Shown in pieces: positions 9,431-17,452 of a stretch of DNA of 64,000 nucleotides (within the stretch, counting starts at the first letter, position 1; every line of letters begins with the position of its first letter). Below the pieces are notes generated by a model. It did not search any database. It saw nothing but the letters and a program-made list of their open reading frames with translations, and was not told where the DNA came from. Both the position numbers and the translations under genes were made by a program. The stretch comes from Candidatus Anstonellaceae archaeon (lineage in GTDB: Archaea > Micrarchaeota > Micrarchaeia > Anstonellales > Anstonellaceae), in the NCBI GenBank assembly GCA_038891035.1, contig JAWAEW010000001.1, positions 7,262 to 71,261 on the forward strand, given 5' to 3'.

Positions 9431-12079
9431 ATGGGAGAGTGGCACTCCAAACCATTAGATAAGGTGATATCTGAACTTCAAACAAATCGGCGAGGCCTGT
9501 CTGAAGAAGAAGTCCAAAAACGGCTATCAATATATGGCAAAAACGAAATAATTGAAGCAAGAAAAGACCCATGGTTTATGCTTTTTTTGAAGCAGTTTTC
9601 CAGCCTACCAATTCTTCTTTTGCTTGCTGCTGCAACAATTTCTCTTGTAATTGGGCTTACAATTGATGATAAAAAGCTTCTGGATGCGGTGGCAATTCTT
9701 GCAGCAATACTTATAGCAGTCACCTTCAGCTTCATCCAAGAGTATCGCGCAGAAAAGGCAATCGAGGCATTAAAGAAGCTTGTTGTGATGCGAGTATTGG
9801 TCATCCGCAATGGCAAAGAGGAAATAGTGGATTCGGCTTACCTTGTCCCAGGGGATATAGTAGTGCTTGAGGAAGGAAGTAAGGTGCCTGCCGACATAAG
9901 GATAATTGAGGCAACTGGAAATCTGGCAGCAGAGCAGTCTGCTCTGACAGGAGAATCAGTGCCTTCTAATAAAAGGTCTGGCGTGCTTGCAAAAAACACA
10001 CCGATTTCTGACCAGCATAACATGCTTTTCGCAGGAACTACTATAGTGCGTGGAAACTGCAAAGGAGTGGTGGTAGAGACTGGAATGAATTCAGAATTTG
10101 GCAAACTTGCAGGCTATGTTGGGAAAGAAAAAGAAAAGGAAGTCAAGCTTCAACGTGACATAAATGAGCTTTCCAGGAAGCTTGGAATTGCCGGCATACT
10201 GCTTGCACTTGCATTTTTTGCAATCGGGCTTATCCGAGGGGAAAGCATAATAGATATGTTTGTTGTTGCAGTCACGCTTGCTGTTGCAGTGATTCCTGAA
10301 GGACTGCCAACCGTACTCGCAATCACCCTTGCAATTGGCGTCCAAAGGATGGCAAAGGAAAATGCGATCGTGCGCAAAATGCCTGCTGTTGAAACTTTAG
10401 GTTCTGCTACTATCATTTGCACTGACAAAACAGGAACCCTCACTCAAAACAAAATCTCTGTGGATAAACTGGTGCTTGCGCAAAACGAATATATTCCAGG
10501 CAAGCCGATTCATCCTAAAAACGCAGCCTTAAAGAGGGCAATAGAGGTGATGGTGCTTTGCAACAGAGCAGTGCACGCAAAGTCCGCAGGCAGTTCTGTA
10601 TTCAGCGGCGATCCTACAGAAACTGCACTTCTTCATGCCGCGGAGGAGTTCGGCGGCTCGACAACTAAACTAAGGCAGAAATACAAATCTATAGAAGAAA
10701 TTCCATTCGATTCTGGCAGGAAAATGATGAGCAGCATCCGCTCCTATAGAAAGGAAAGGTTTGCATTTGTCAAAGGAGCCCCTGAGCGCGTGCTTTCCTG
10801 TTCCTCTTCTGTTCTGATGGAATCTGGAAAGGTTTCAAGGCTTACCCAAAAGCAAAAGCACAGATTCATTACAATTGCCCATCAATTTGGACAGCAAGGT
10901 AAACGTGTGCTTGCGCTTGCATACCGCAATATAAGAAGACTGAAAGAATACTCTGCTCAGTCAGTGGAAAAGGACTTGATTTTTGTAGGCTTAGTCAGCA
11001 TGGAGGATCCTCCAAGGCCAGAGGCAGCAGAGGCAGTTTCGCTTTGTCAAATGGCAGGCATACGAGTAGTGATGATAACTGGAGATTCACTTCCTACTGC
11101 AAAAGCAATTGCAGCAAAGGTAGGCTTACTAAAAAGCGGTATGGATGCGGTGGAGGGAAGCCAACTGGAAGGAATTTCAGAGGCAGAATTCAGAAAGATA
11201 CTTTCAAAGGCGACTGTCTTTGCCCGCGTCACTCCAGAGCAGAAATACAAGATAGTATCGACCTTTATGAAGATGGGACACATAGTCGCAGTGACTGGGG
11301 ACGGAGTCAATGATGCCCCTGCAATAAAGAAGGCGGATATCGGAGTGGCAATGGGAATCACAGGGACAGATGTCACAAAAGAAGTAGCAGACATAGTCCT
11401 TACAGATGACAATTTCTATTCGATTGTAAATGCAGTCCGGTACGGGCGAACTATTTTCAACAATATAAAATCCTTTGTGCGCTACCAGATTTCCACTAAC
11501 GTTGCAGCTCTTTCACTTATGTTTTCTGCACCTGCCCTTTCATTCCCTCTACCTCTCTTCCCGCTTCAGCTTCTTTGGATAAACATAATGATCGACGGTC
11601 CGCCAGCACTTGCCTTGGGTGCAGAGCCACCATCTCATCATGAGATGAAGCGGCCCCCACGCAATCCGTCTGCCCCATTTTTGAGCAAAAACCTCATCTC
11701 CTCAATCGTCTTGCTTGGGTTGCTGATGGCAGCAATTTCCCTTTTGGTTTTCAACTATTACCTTGAGTTTTATCCCCAAAAGTCACACACAGCAGTCTTT
11801 ACTTTGTTTGTATTTCTGCAGCTTGCAAATGCACTCAATTGCCGCTCAAGTCACGAGTCAATCTTCGCAAGGCCTTTTGCAAACCCATACATTTATATTG
11901 CAATTTTTGCATCTCTTGTGCTTCATCTAACAATAATTTACTATCCTCCGCTTTCCCAAGTTTTCAAAACAGTGCCGCTCGATCTGGGAGATTTTTTGAT
12001 CTTATTTGCCTCAGCTTCAACTATCATTGTATTTGAAGAGATCAAAAAGAAATTTTTCAAGCATTTGACTTTGTACTAG
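9431..12079 (+). CDS. P-type (IIA, Ca2+-like) cation-transporting ATPase
   Basis: TGES, PEGL, DKTGTLT, KGAPE, TGD, GDGVNDAPA. Confidence 0.95.
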   Translation: MGEWHSKPLDKVISELQTNRRGLSEEEVQKRLSIYGKNEIIEARKDPWFMLFLKQFSSLPILLLLAAATISLVIGLTIDDKKLLDAVAILAAILIAVTFSFIQEYRAEKAIEALKKLVVMRVLVIRNGKEEIVDSAYLVPGDIVVLEEGSKVPADIRIIEATGNLAAEQSALTGESVPSNKRSGVLAKNTPISDQHNMLFAGTTIVRGNCKGVVVETGMNSEFGKLAGYVGKEKEKEVKLQRDINELSRKLGIAGILLALAFFAIGLIRGESIIDMFVVAVTLAVAVIPEGLPTVLAITLAIGVQRMAKENAIVRKMPAVETLGSATIICTDKTGTLTQNKISVDKLVLAQNEYIPGKPIHPKNAALKRAIEVMVLCNRAVHAKSAGSSVFSGDPTETALLHAAEEFGGSTTKLRQKYKSIEEIPFDSGRKMMSSIRSYRKERFAFVKGAPERVLSCSSSVLMESGKVSRLTQKQKHRFITIAHQFGQQGKRVLALAYRNIRRLKEYSAQSVEKDLIFVGLVSMEDPPRPEAAEAVSLCQMAGIRVVMITGDSLPTAKAIAAKVGLLKSGMDAVEGSQLEGISEAEFRKILSKATVFARVTPEQKYKIVSTFMKMGHIVAVTGDGVNDAPAIKKADIGVAMGITGTDVTKEVADIVLTDDNFYSIVNAVRYGRTIFNNIKSFVRYQISTNVAALSLMFSAPALSFPLPLFPLQLLWINIMIDGPPALALGAEPPSHHEMKRPPRNPSAPFLSKNLISSIVLLGLLMAAISLLVFNYYLEFYPQKSHTAVFTLFVFLQLANALNCRSSHESIFARPFANPYIYIAIFASLVLHLTIIYYPPLSQVFKTVPLDLGDFLILFASASTIIVFEEIKKKFFKHLTLY

Positions 12080-12088
12080 GCGGTTAGC

Positions 12089-12826
12089 TTGGAGCCTAAA
12101 AAGCATTTCCTCAAAATCAAACACTTCCTTGTTTCTTATTTTAAGAAGGCAAACAAAAAAGTTGCAGTGGTTGGGCTTTCTGGAGGACTTGATTCCTCAG
12201 TGACAGTTGCATTATGCGTGCACGCACTCGGGGCGCAAAGAGTCCTTGCCGTCCTTCTTCCTTCCTCTTCAACTCCTCCTCAGGATATGCAAGATGCCAA
12301 AATGCTTGCAAAGATGCTTTCGGTGCAAACAGTCTCTGTAAGCATTGACCCTATTTTGGAAAAATTTGAAAGCCTCAGTTTAAGTAAACTGGAAAAGGCA
12401 AACCTGTCTGCACGGATAAGAATGGCGCTACTTTATCTTTTTGCACAAAAGCAAAATGGACTAGTGGTTGGCACATCTGACAAGTCGGAGCTGATGCTGG
12501 GCTATTTTACAAAATACGGGGACGGGGCGGCAGACCTCTTGCCAATTGCAAGGCTTTACAAGTCTGAAGTAAAAGCTTTGGGGAAATTCTTGCAAATTCC
12601 GCAAAACATACTCTCAAAGCCACCCTCTCCTCAGCTTTGGAAAGGTCAGACTGCCCAAAACGAGCTTGGATTTTCATATGAAGAAGCAGATGCTGTGCTT
12701 ATGGAAATTGAAAAAAAAGCAAGCAAGCATGCTCTTTATAGGCGATTTGGAAAAAAACTGGTTGATTTGATCTTGGAAAGAATGAGACAAAACAGGCACA
12801 AGCTTCTTCTGCCCCCCTCACCTTAG
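12089..12826 (+). CDS. nadE: NH3-dependent NAD+ synthetase
   Basis: GLSGGLDS, ARIRM, GYFTKYGDG. Confidence 0.95.
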   Translation: MEPKKHFLKIKHFLVSYFKKANKKVAVVGLSGGLDSSVTVALCVHALGAQRVLAVLLPSSSTPPQDMQDAKMLAKMLSVQTVSVSIDPILEKFESLSLSKLEKANLSARIRMALLYLFAQKQNGLVVGTSDKSELMLGYFTKYGDGAADLLPIARLYKSEVKALGKFLQIPQNILSKPPSPQLWKGQTAQNELGFSYEEADAVLMEIEKKASKHALYRRFGKKLVDLILERMRQNRHKLLLPPSP

Positions 12827-13320
12827 ACTTTCTCCATCTGCAAAATTAGCTTTGTTGCAGTTTCTGCAATATTCGGGCCAAGCTCCACCATCACCATACC
12901 AACATTAGGCTGACCGTAAATCATTGTACCTGTCTTTGCTTGTGACATTACTACAAGCGCTGCAAGGTCCTCCTCACCAACCACCAAAACAAATCCTTTC
13001 CTTTGTGAAAGGACAGTCTTTATTGCCTCTATCAGCTGTTCTGTTATATGGCCTGGTGGTGAAAGCACTACAAATGCATCTTTCACAAAGCCTGCAAGCT
13101 TTTCCTTTATTTCCTGCCCCACTTCAACGCGCTGTATCTTGAAGTCAAAAATCGAAATGTCAGGAAGGATATTTGCATCTATCAGTTCTACCGTGCATTT
13201 GTCCCCAACTGATATAATAGGCCGAGGGGCATTTAGAAGCATTTCCAATTCACTATTCTGGATTATCCTTCCAAAAGGTCTCCTTACTTCTTCTCGCATA
13301 TTTTCTGGCAGTTTTAGCAT
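12823..13320 (-). CDS. GTP-dependent dephospho-CoA kinase (DUF359)
   Basis: SVGD, D-x-K-x-x-R, PPGHIT, GEEDL, YGQP. Confidence 0.88.
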   Translation of the reverse strand: MLKLPENMREEVRRPFGRIIQNSELEMLLNAPRPIISVGDKCTVELIDANILPDISIFDFKIQRVEVGQEIKEKLAGFVKDAFVVLSPPGHITEQLIEAIKTVLSQRKGFVLVVGEEDLAALVVMSQAKTGTMIYGQPNVGMVMVELGPNIAETATKLILQMEKV

Positions 13321-13973
13321 CTGATTACCTCACATTTTCCGTTTTCATGCCCAACCAAAACAACTGGTCTTTTTTTGGCAAATATCCCGCAATCCACCAC
13401 TCCAGCAATCAGCTTTATTTCTTCTTCAAGTTTTTGCGGTTTGCGCAGTTGCCCAAATTTTGCATGCAAGATGAAATTGCCATTGTCTGAAACGAATTTC
13501 TTTCCATTATCCATTCTCACTTGCACTTCTTCCGCGCCCAACCTTATCAAATCTTCCTTTACTGCTTCTTGTGCAAATGGAATTACCTCAACAGGAACTA
13601 TTCCGGAGAGGCGCTTTCTCAGCTTTTCAGGCCCAATAATTACTACAAATTTTTTTGCTCTATAATCTACTACCTTTTCTCGCACAAGCGCCCCACCCAG
13701 CCCCTTTATTAAATTTCCTTTAGGGTCAACTTGGTCTGCACCATCCACTGCCAAATCTACTTTGCTGGCTTGCTCAAACCCTATCAGCTTTAGACCTAGG
13801 GACTTTGCCTGCCTTTCAGATGCAAAAGAGGTAGGGATGCATTCCACAAAGATGCCTTGCTTTGCAAGAAGCTCTATGAATATTGAAGCAGTACTGCCTG
13901 TGCCAAGACCTACCACCATCCCTTCCTTAACCATCTTCACAGCAGCAGAAGCTGCAGCAAGTTTCGGGTCCAT
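13314..13973 (-). CDS. rpiA: Ribose-5-phosphate isomerase A
   Basis: GLGTGST, DGAD, KGLGGALVREK, DNGNFI. Confidence 0.95.
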   Translation of the reverse strand: MDPKLAAASAAVKMVKEGMVVGLGTGSTASIFIELLAKQGIFVECIPTSFASERQAKSLGLKLIGFEQASKVDLAVDGADQVDPKGNLIKGLGGALVREKVVDYRAKKFVVIIGPEKLRKRLSGIVPVEVIPFAQEAVKEDLIRLGAEEVQVRMDNGKKFVSDNGNFILHAKFGQLRKPQKLEEEIKLIAGVVDCGIFAKKRPVVLVGHENGKCEVIRC

Positions 13974-14009
13974 GAAAAAACAGGCAAACCAATGGTTAAA
14001 TCCTTTTTG

Positions 14010-14558
14010 CTAAAGCGTTTTGAGCAAATCCGCCTTTGTTATTATTCCAACTACCTCCCCTTTCTCGAGTACCAAAACCGCAGGATAATACTGCAGCAGC
14101 GGTACAATTGAAGAAATCGGGGCATCAGGCAGAACAGAAGGAAAAGCCTCATCCATCACATCTGCAACTTTTGCACCAGACAGGTTTTGCCCAGCAGAAA
14201 ACCTTTTGACTAGGCCTTGTTCGCTAATGCTTCCGATTATTTTCTTGCCATCGCTTACTGCAAGCTGCGAAATATTCTTTTTCCTCATCTTTGAAATAGC
14301 CTGATGAAGAGGCTGACTGACATAGGCAATCTCTACCCCACAATGCATAATGTCCTTTGCCTTCTTTTCTTTTTGGCGCTGCATCCCTCTTATTGCATGA
14401 ATTATCCTGAGTGCTTTGGAATATGTGGGCTCAACTTTACCTGCCTCTATCTTTGCAAGTAATGATTGGGATACACCTGCGGCCTTTGAAAGCTGCTGCT
14501 GAGTAATCCCAAGCTTCAGCCTCAGCTCTTTTATAAGTCTCAAATCTTCCATCGGCAT
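14010..14558 (-). CDS. XRE/Cro HTH transcriptional regulator with C-terminal CBS pair
   Basis: LRLKLGITQQQLSKAAGVSQSLLAKIEAGKVEP followed by two CBS domains (GSISE, GIITKADLL). Confidence 0.9.
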   Translation of the reverse strand: MPMEDLRLIKELRLKLGITQQQLSKAAGVSQSLLAKIEAGKVEPTYSKALRIIHAIRGMQRQKEKKAKDIMHCGVEIAYVSQPLHQAISKMRKKNISQLAVSDGKKIIGSISEQGLVKRFSAGQNLSGAKVADVMDEAFPSVLPDAPISSIVPLLQYYPAVLVLEKGEVVGIITKADLLKTL

Positions 14559-14583
14559 TAATCTCTCAAAGCCTGTTTTTATT

Positions 14584-14814
14584 TCATTGCATTCTGCCTT
14601 CAGAAAGCGGCCTTCGGCCGCCGAAGTCTCTGTTTTCCTGTTCTACTCTGCTTACATATTCTTCTGCCTTCTTTTTGTCATAGACTATGCCGCCTTGGAT
14701 AAAAGAGCTTATTTTGCCTTCAATTACTGATTTGCAGGCAAAATAAATGTGTGTTTTTTGCGGCAGATTGGCAGATCCACCTAAATTGCTTTGTTGGAGT
14801 GAGATCCACCTCAT
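14584..14814 (-). CDS. Small hypothetical protein
   Basis: Strong RBS GAGGGTGA 4 nt before the ATG. TATA-like AATATAAATA upstream. Confidence 0.55.
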   Translation of the reverse strand: MRWISLQQSNLGGSANLPQKTHIYFACKSVIEGKISSFIQGGIVYDKKKAEEYVSRVEQENRDFGGRRPLSEGRMQ

Positions 14815-14870
14815 CTTATCACCCTCTTTCTGCTGTGCCGCTTGCCCGTATTTATATTTGCTTGACCCAA

Positions 14871-14888
14871 TTATTCATATATGAATAA
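14871..14888. promoter_or_regulatory. Perfect palindrome TTATTCATATATGAATAA (candidate operator, copy 1)
   Basis: 18-bp perfect inverted repeat in intergenic DNA. The same core recurs at 31204-31219. Confidence 0.7.
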
Positions 14889-14930
14889 AGATATATTCAA
14901 AAATTCATTTTTGACTGCAAAGTGCAAAGG

Positions 14931-15109
14931 TGCCAAGGGCGTGATTTATTCCCCTCTAAAGGGTTTGAACACGCGACTTCCAGATTTCTCCTTCTGCCTG
15001 CAAACCTCTCTTTGCAGGGAATGCCATTTTATATCATCGCCATCTGGCTCATCACTCATAAGTATCAGCTTATGAGTCTGGCACTCTAACCAGGCTGAGT
15101 TACCTTGGC
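14931..15109 (-). tRNA. tRNA-Met(CAT), elongator type, with two introns (85 nt at 37/38: 14986-15070; 19 nt at 58/59: 14946-14964)
   Basis: Acceptor GCCAAGG/CCTTGGC, D stem ACTC/GAGT, anticodon stem CCAGA/TCTGG, CAT at 15074-15072, T stem GCGTG/CACGC. Loop TTCAAAT is restored after removing intron 2. Confidence 0.9.
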
Positions 15110-15163
15110 ACCAATTATTTGTTGGAGGGAAAGGGATTAAAAGCAGTTCATCGTTTGATTTAT

Positions 15164-15416
15164 GGAGCGGCGGGAGGACGGCTCACCGCCCCATTGCGCG
15201 GAGGAAGTTCTGCCCACCGGAAAGAGTCCAAATCGCTTAAGGCGATATCGGGAACAGAAACGCAAACCACTTCCTTCTATGAGAATGACGTAAGGAGAGA
15301 AGGAAAGTCGGGTTGAAACGGCCCGTGTTTGGCAATAGGATGCACGGTGCAAGGCCTGTTTGGCCGCTTAGTCAAATGCCGTCTGAAACAGAAGGCAGAC
15401 TACCACCTGCCGCTCC
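15164..15416 (+). ncRNA. rnpB: RNase P RNA (compact, type-M-like)
   Basis: P1 GGAGCGGCGGGAGG/CCACCTGCCGCTCC, P4 halves GAGGAAGTTCTGCC and AACAGAAGGCAGACTA, conserved ACAGAAAC and TGAAAC elements. Confidence 0.92.
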
Positions 15417-15426
15417 GCGTGGAAAA

Positions 15427-16419
15427 ATGAAGTTCTCAAACGAAGAAATAGAAAGCGAGGCAAAAAGACTTTACAGCAGCCTTGGCAGGCTTGGCTGGAG
15501 CATGGATTCTTGCAGGCTTAGCGCCCCACTTACTTTGGAAATCAACAAGCTCAAAAAGGAAAAAAATGCAATAGTGCTAGCGCACTCCTATCAAACTCCT
15601 GATATAATTTACGGCGTTGCAGATTACACCGGAGATTCGTTTGGTCTTTCAGTTCAGGCAAGCAAAACCCAAGCAGATATCATTGTCTTTGCAGGAGTCA
15701 AATTCATGGCTGAAACTGCAAAGCTTCTCAATCCGGAAAAGCGGGTGTTTTTGCCTTCTTTGGAAGCAGGCTGCTCGCTTGCAGATGGGATAAGTGCAGA
15801 AGATGTTCGAAATCTGAAAAGACAGCATCCGGACACGCCAGTGGTATGCTATATAAACACATCTGCAGAGGTAAAGGCAGAATCTGACGTATGCTGCACT
15901 AGTGCAAATGCTGCAAAAATCATCTCCTCTTTTCGTGAAAAGAAGCTGATTTTTGTGCCTGACCAGCATATGGCACAAAACCTTGCAAGACAGACCAAAA
16001 AAGAACTAATCAGCTGGCACGCCAAATGCATAGTGCATCAGGATTTCGATCAAAGAAAAATCCAGGCAATTCGAGAGGTTTTTAAAGACATAAAAGTTCT
16101 TGCCCATTCTGAATGTTCTCCTCAAGTTGCACTTGCAGCAGATTTGGTAGGGGGCACTTCTGACATGGAAAAATTTGTCGAATCTTCCGAAGCATCTTCG
16201 TTCATGCTCATTACAGAATGCGGTCTTTCTGACAGGCTTAGAGTTCGATTTCCACAAAAGCAATTCATTGGAATGTGTGCACTTTGTCCTTATATGAAGA
16301 AAAATTCTCTTCTTAGCATCTGGCAAGTCCTTTCAAAAGAGACAAATGAAATAAAAATAGATAAGCATATAGCGCAAAGGGCACAAAAGGCACTTCAAAA
16401 AATGCTGCAGCTTTCTTAG
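15427..16419 (+). CDS. nadA: Quinolinate synthase
   Basis: LAHSYQ, GDS, VKFMAETAK, AGCSLA, YINTSAEVKA, CIVH, AHSEC, CPYM. Start moved to ATG 15427 because the longer ORF overlaps the RNase P RNA. Confidence 0.93.
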   Translation: MKFSNEEIESEAKRLYSSLGRLGWSMDSCRLSAPLTLEINKLKKEKNAIVLAHSYQTPDIIYGVADYTGDSFGLSVQASKTQADIIVFAGVKFMAETAKLLNPEKRVFLPSLEAGCSLADGISAEDVRNLKRQHPDTPVVCYINTSAEVKAESDVCCTSANAAKIISSFREKKLIFVPDQHMAQNLARQTKKELISWHAKCIVHQDFDQRKIQAIREVFKDIKVLAHSECSPQVALAADLVGGTSDMEKFVESSEASSFMLITECGLSDRLRVRFPQKQFIGMCALCPYMKKNSLLSIWQVLSKETNEIKIDKHIAQRAQKALQKMLQLS

Positions 16420-16613
16420 TCTGATCCTTTATTAAGTTTGGAAAGTAGTATAAATACCATCACAGCCGCAATCAGGCCTGCAAGATAAGGAGCATATTCT
16501 TCTTCAAAAAAAGTTACATTCTCAGTCCACTGCCACCAAATCAAATACCCGACCACAAAAGAAAGCAGAGCCTTGGCAATCCCTATTGCAGCCTTAGTCT
16601 TGTCTGATCCCAT
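16416..16613 (-). CDS. Small two-TM membrane protein
   Basis: Two hydrophobic helices. Probable start MGSDK. Confidence 0.55.
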   Translation of the reverse strand: MGSDKTKAAIGIAKALLSFVVGYLIWWQWTENVTFFEEEYAPYLAGLIAAVMVFILLSKLNKGSD

Positions 16614-16739
16614 ACTAGCTGTTTCTTTAATAAATATTAAAACAGTTTCACTCAAATTTTACCTTGTCGAAAGGATTTAGTTTAAAACATTTTTCTTCTC
16701 TATCGTAAAGCTTCCATTTTTTTGGGAGGGTGAGTATAA

Positions 16740-16964
<225 letters not shown>

Positions 16965-16965
16965 A

Positions 16966-17051
16966 GGGCTTGTGGCGCAATGGTAGCGCGCCTGCATGGC
17001 ATGTTCTGCCCATAATGCAGGAGGCTGGGGGTTCGAATCCCCCCGAGTCCA
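16966..17051 (+). tRNA. tRNA-Ala(GGC) with 14-nt intron (17002-17015)
   Basis: Acceptor GGGCTTG/CGAGTCC with G3:U70, anticodon stem CCTGC/GCAGG, ATGG/CCAT central helix of the splice motif, TTCGAAT loop. Confidence 0.93.
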
Positions 17052-17222
17052 TCCCTAGGGGGCATTAATCTAATCCTTAGGACCCCCTGAGGGTTCACCC
17101 CCAAAGGGAAACCAAAGATAAGGTAGGAGATACTAAAAGAAACCCCAATATCTTCTCTTATGTAATTTCAATGAAGATATGGAGCATCAATGATATTTCC
17201 GCTTCTTTTCCATTCGACTTAT

Positions 17223-17408
17223 CTGGTGTTTGCCTTAGGGGTTGAGGAAAGGGGACAATAGAAACGCTGGTGTTCCCCTTTCCACTGGTGTTTGCCTTAG
17301 GGGTTGAGGAAAGGGGACAACAGAAACGCTGGTGTTCCCCTTTCCACTGGTGTTTGCCTTAGGGGTTGAGGAAAGGGGACTGCGGATATTCTGGTGTTCC
17401 CCTTTCCA
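17223..17408. repeat. Three tandem 62-bp repeats, each with a 10-bp stem and a variable 10-nt segment
   Basis: Units start at 17223, 17285 and 17347: CTGGTGTTTGCCTTAGGGGTTGAGGAAAGGGGAC-N10-CTGGTGTTCCCCTTTCCA. Confidence 0.95.
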
Positions 17409-17452
17409 AAGGATTTTAATTTTTCATTGGGGTTTGGATATAAGTTGGGAGG

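Noticed and set aside
15119-15426. ORFs 15119-15316, 15137-15352 and the N-terminal extension of nadA; also 14881-15075
   Set aside because: They overlap the RNase P RNA or tRNA-Met and are spurious.
17319-17329. AACAGAAACGC in repeat 2 also occurs in the RNase P RNA
   Set aside because: Short, A-rich, same-sense match that is plausibly chance.
17223-17408. CRISPR array
   Set aside because: The 52-nt constant part and 10-nt variable part do not fit CRISPR geometry, two variable segments are near-identical, and no cas1 or effector genes are present.
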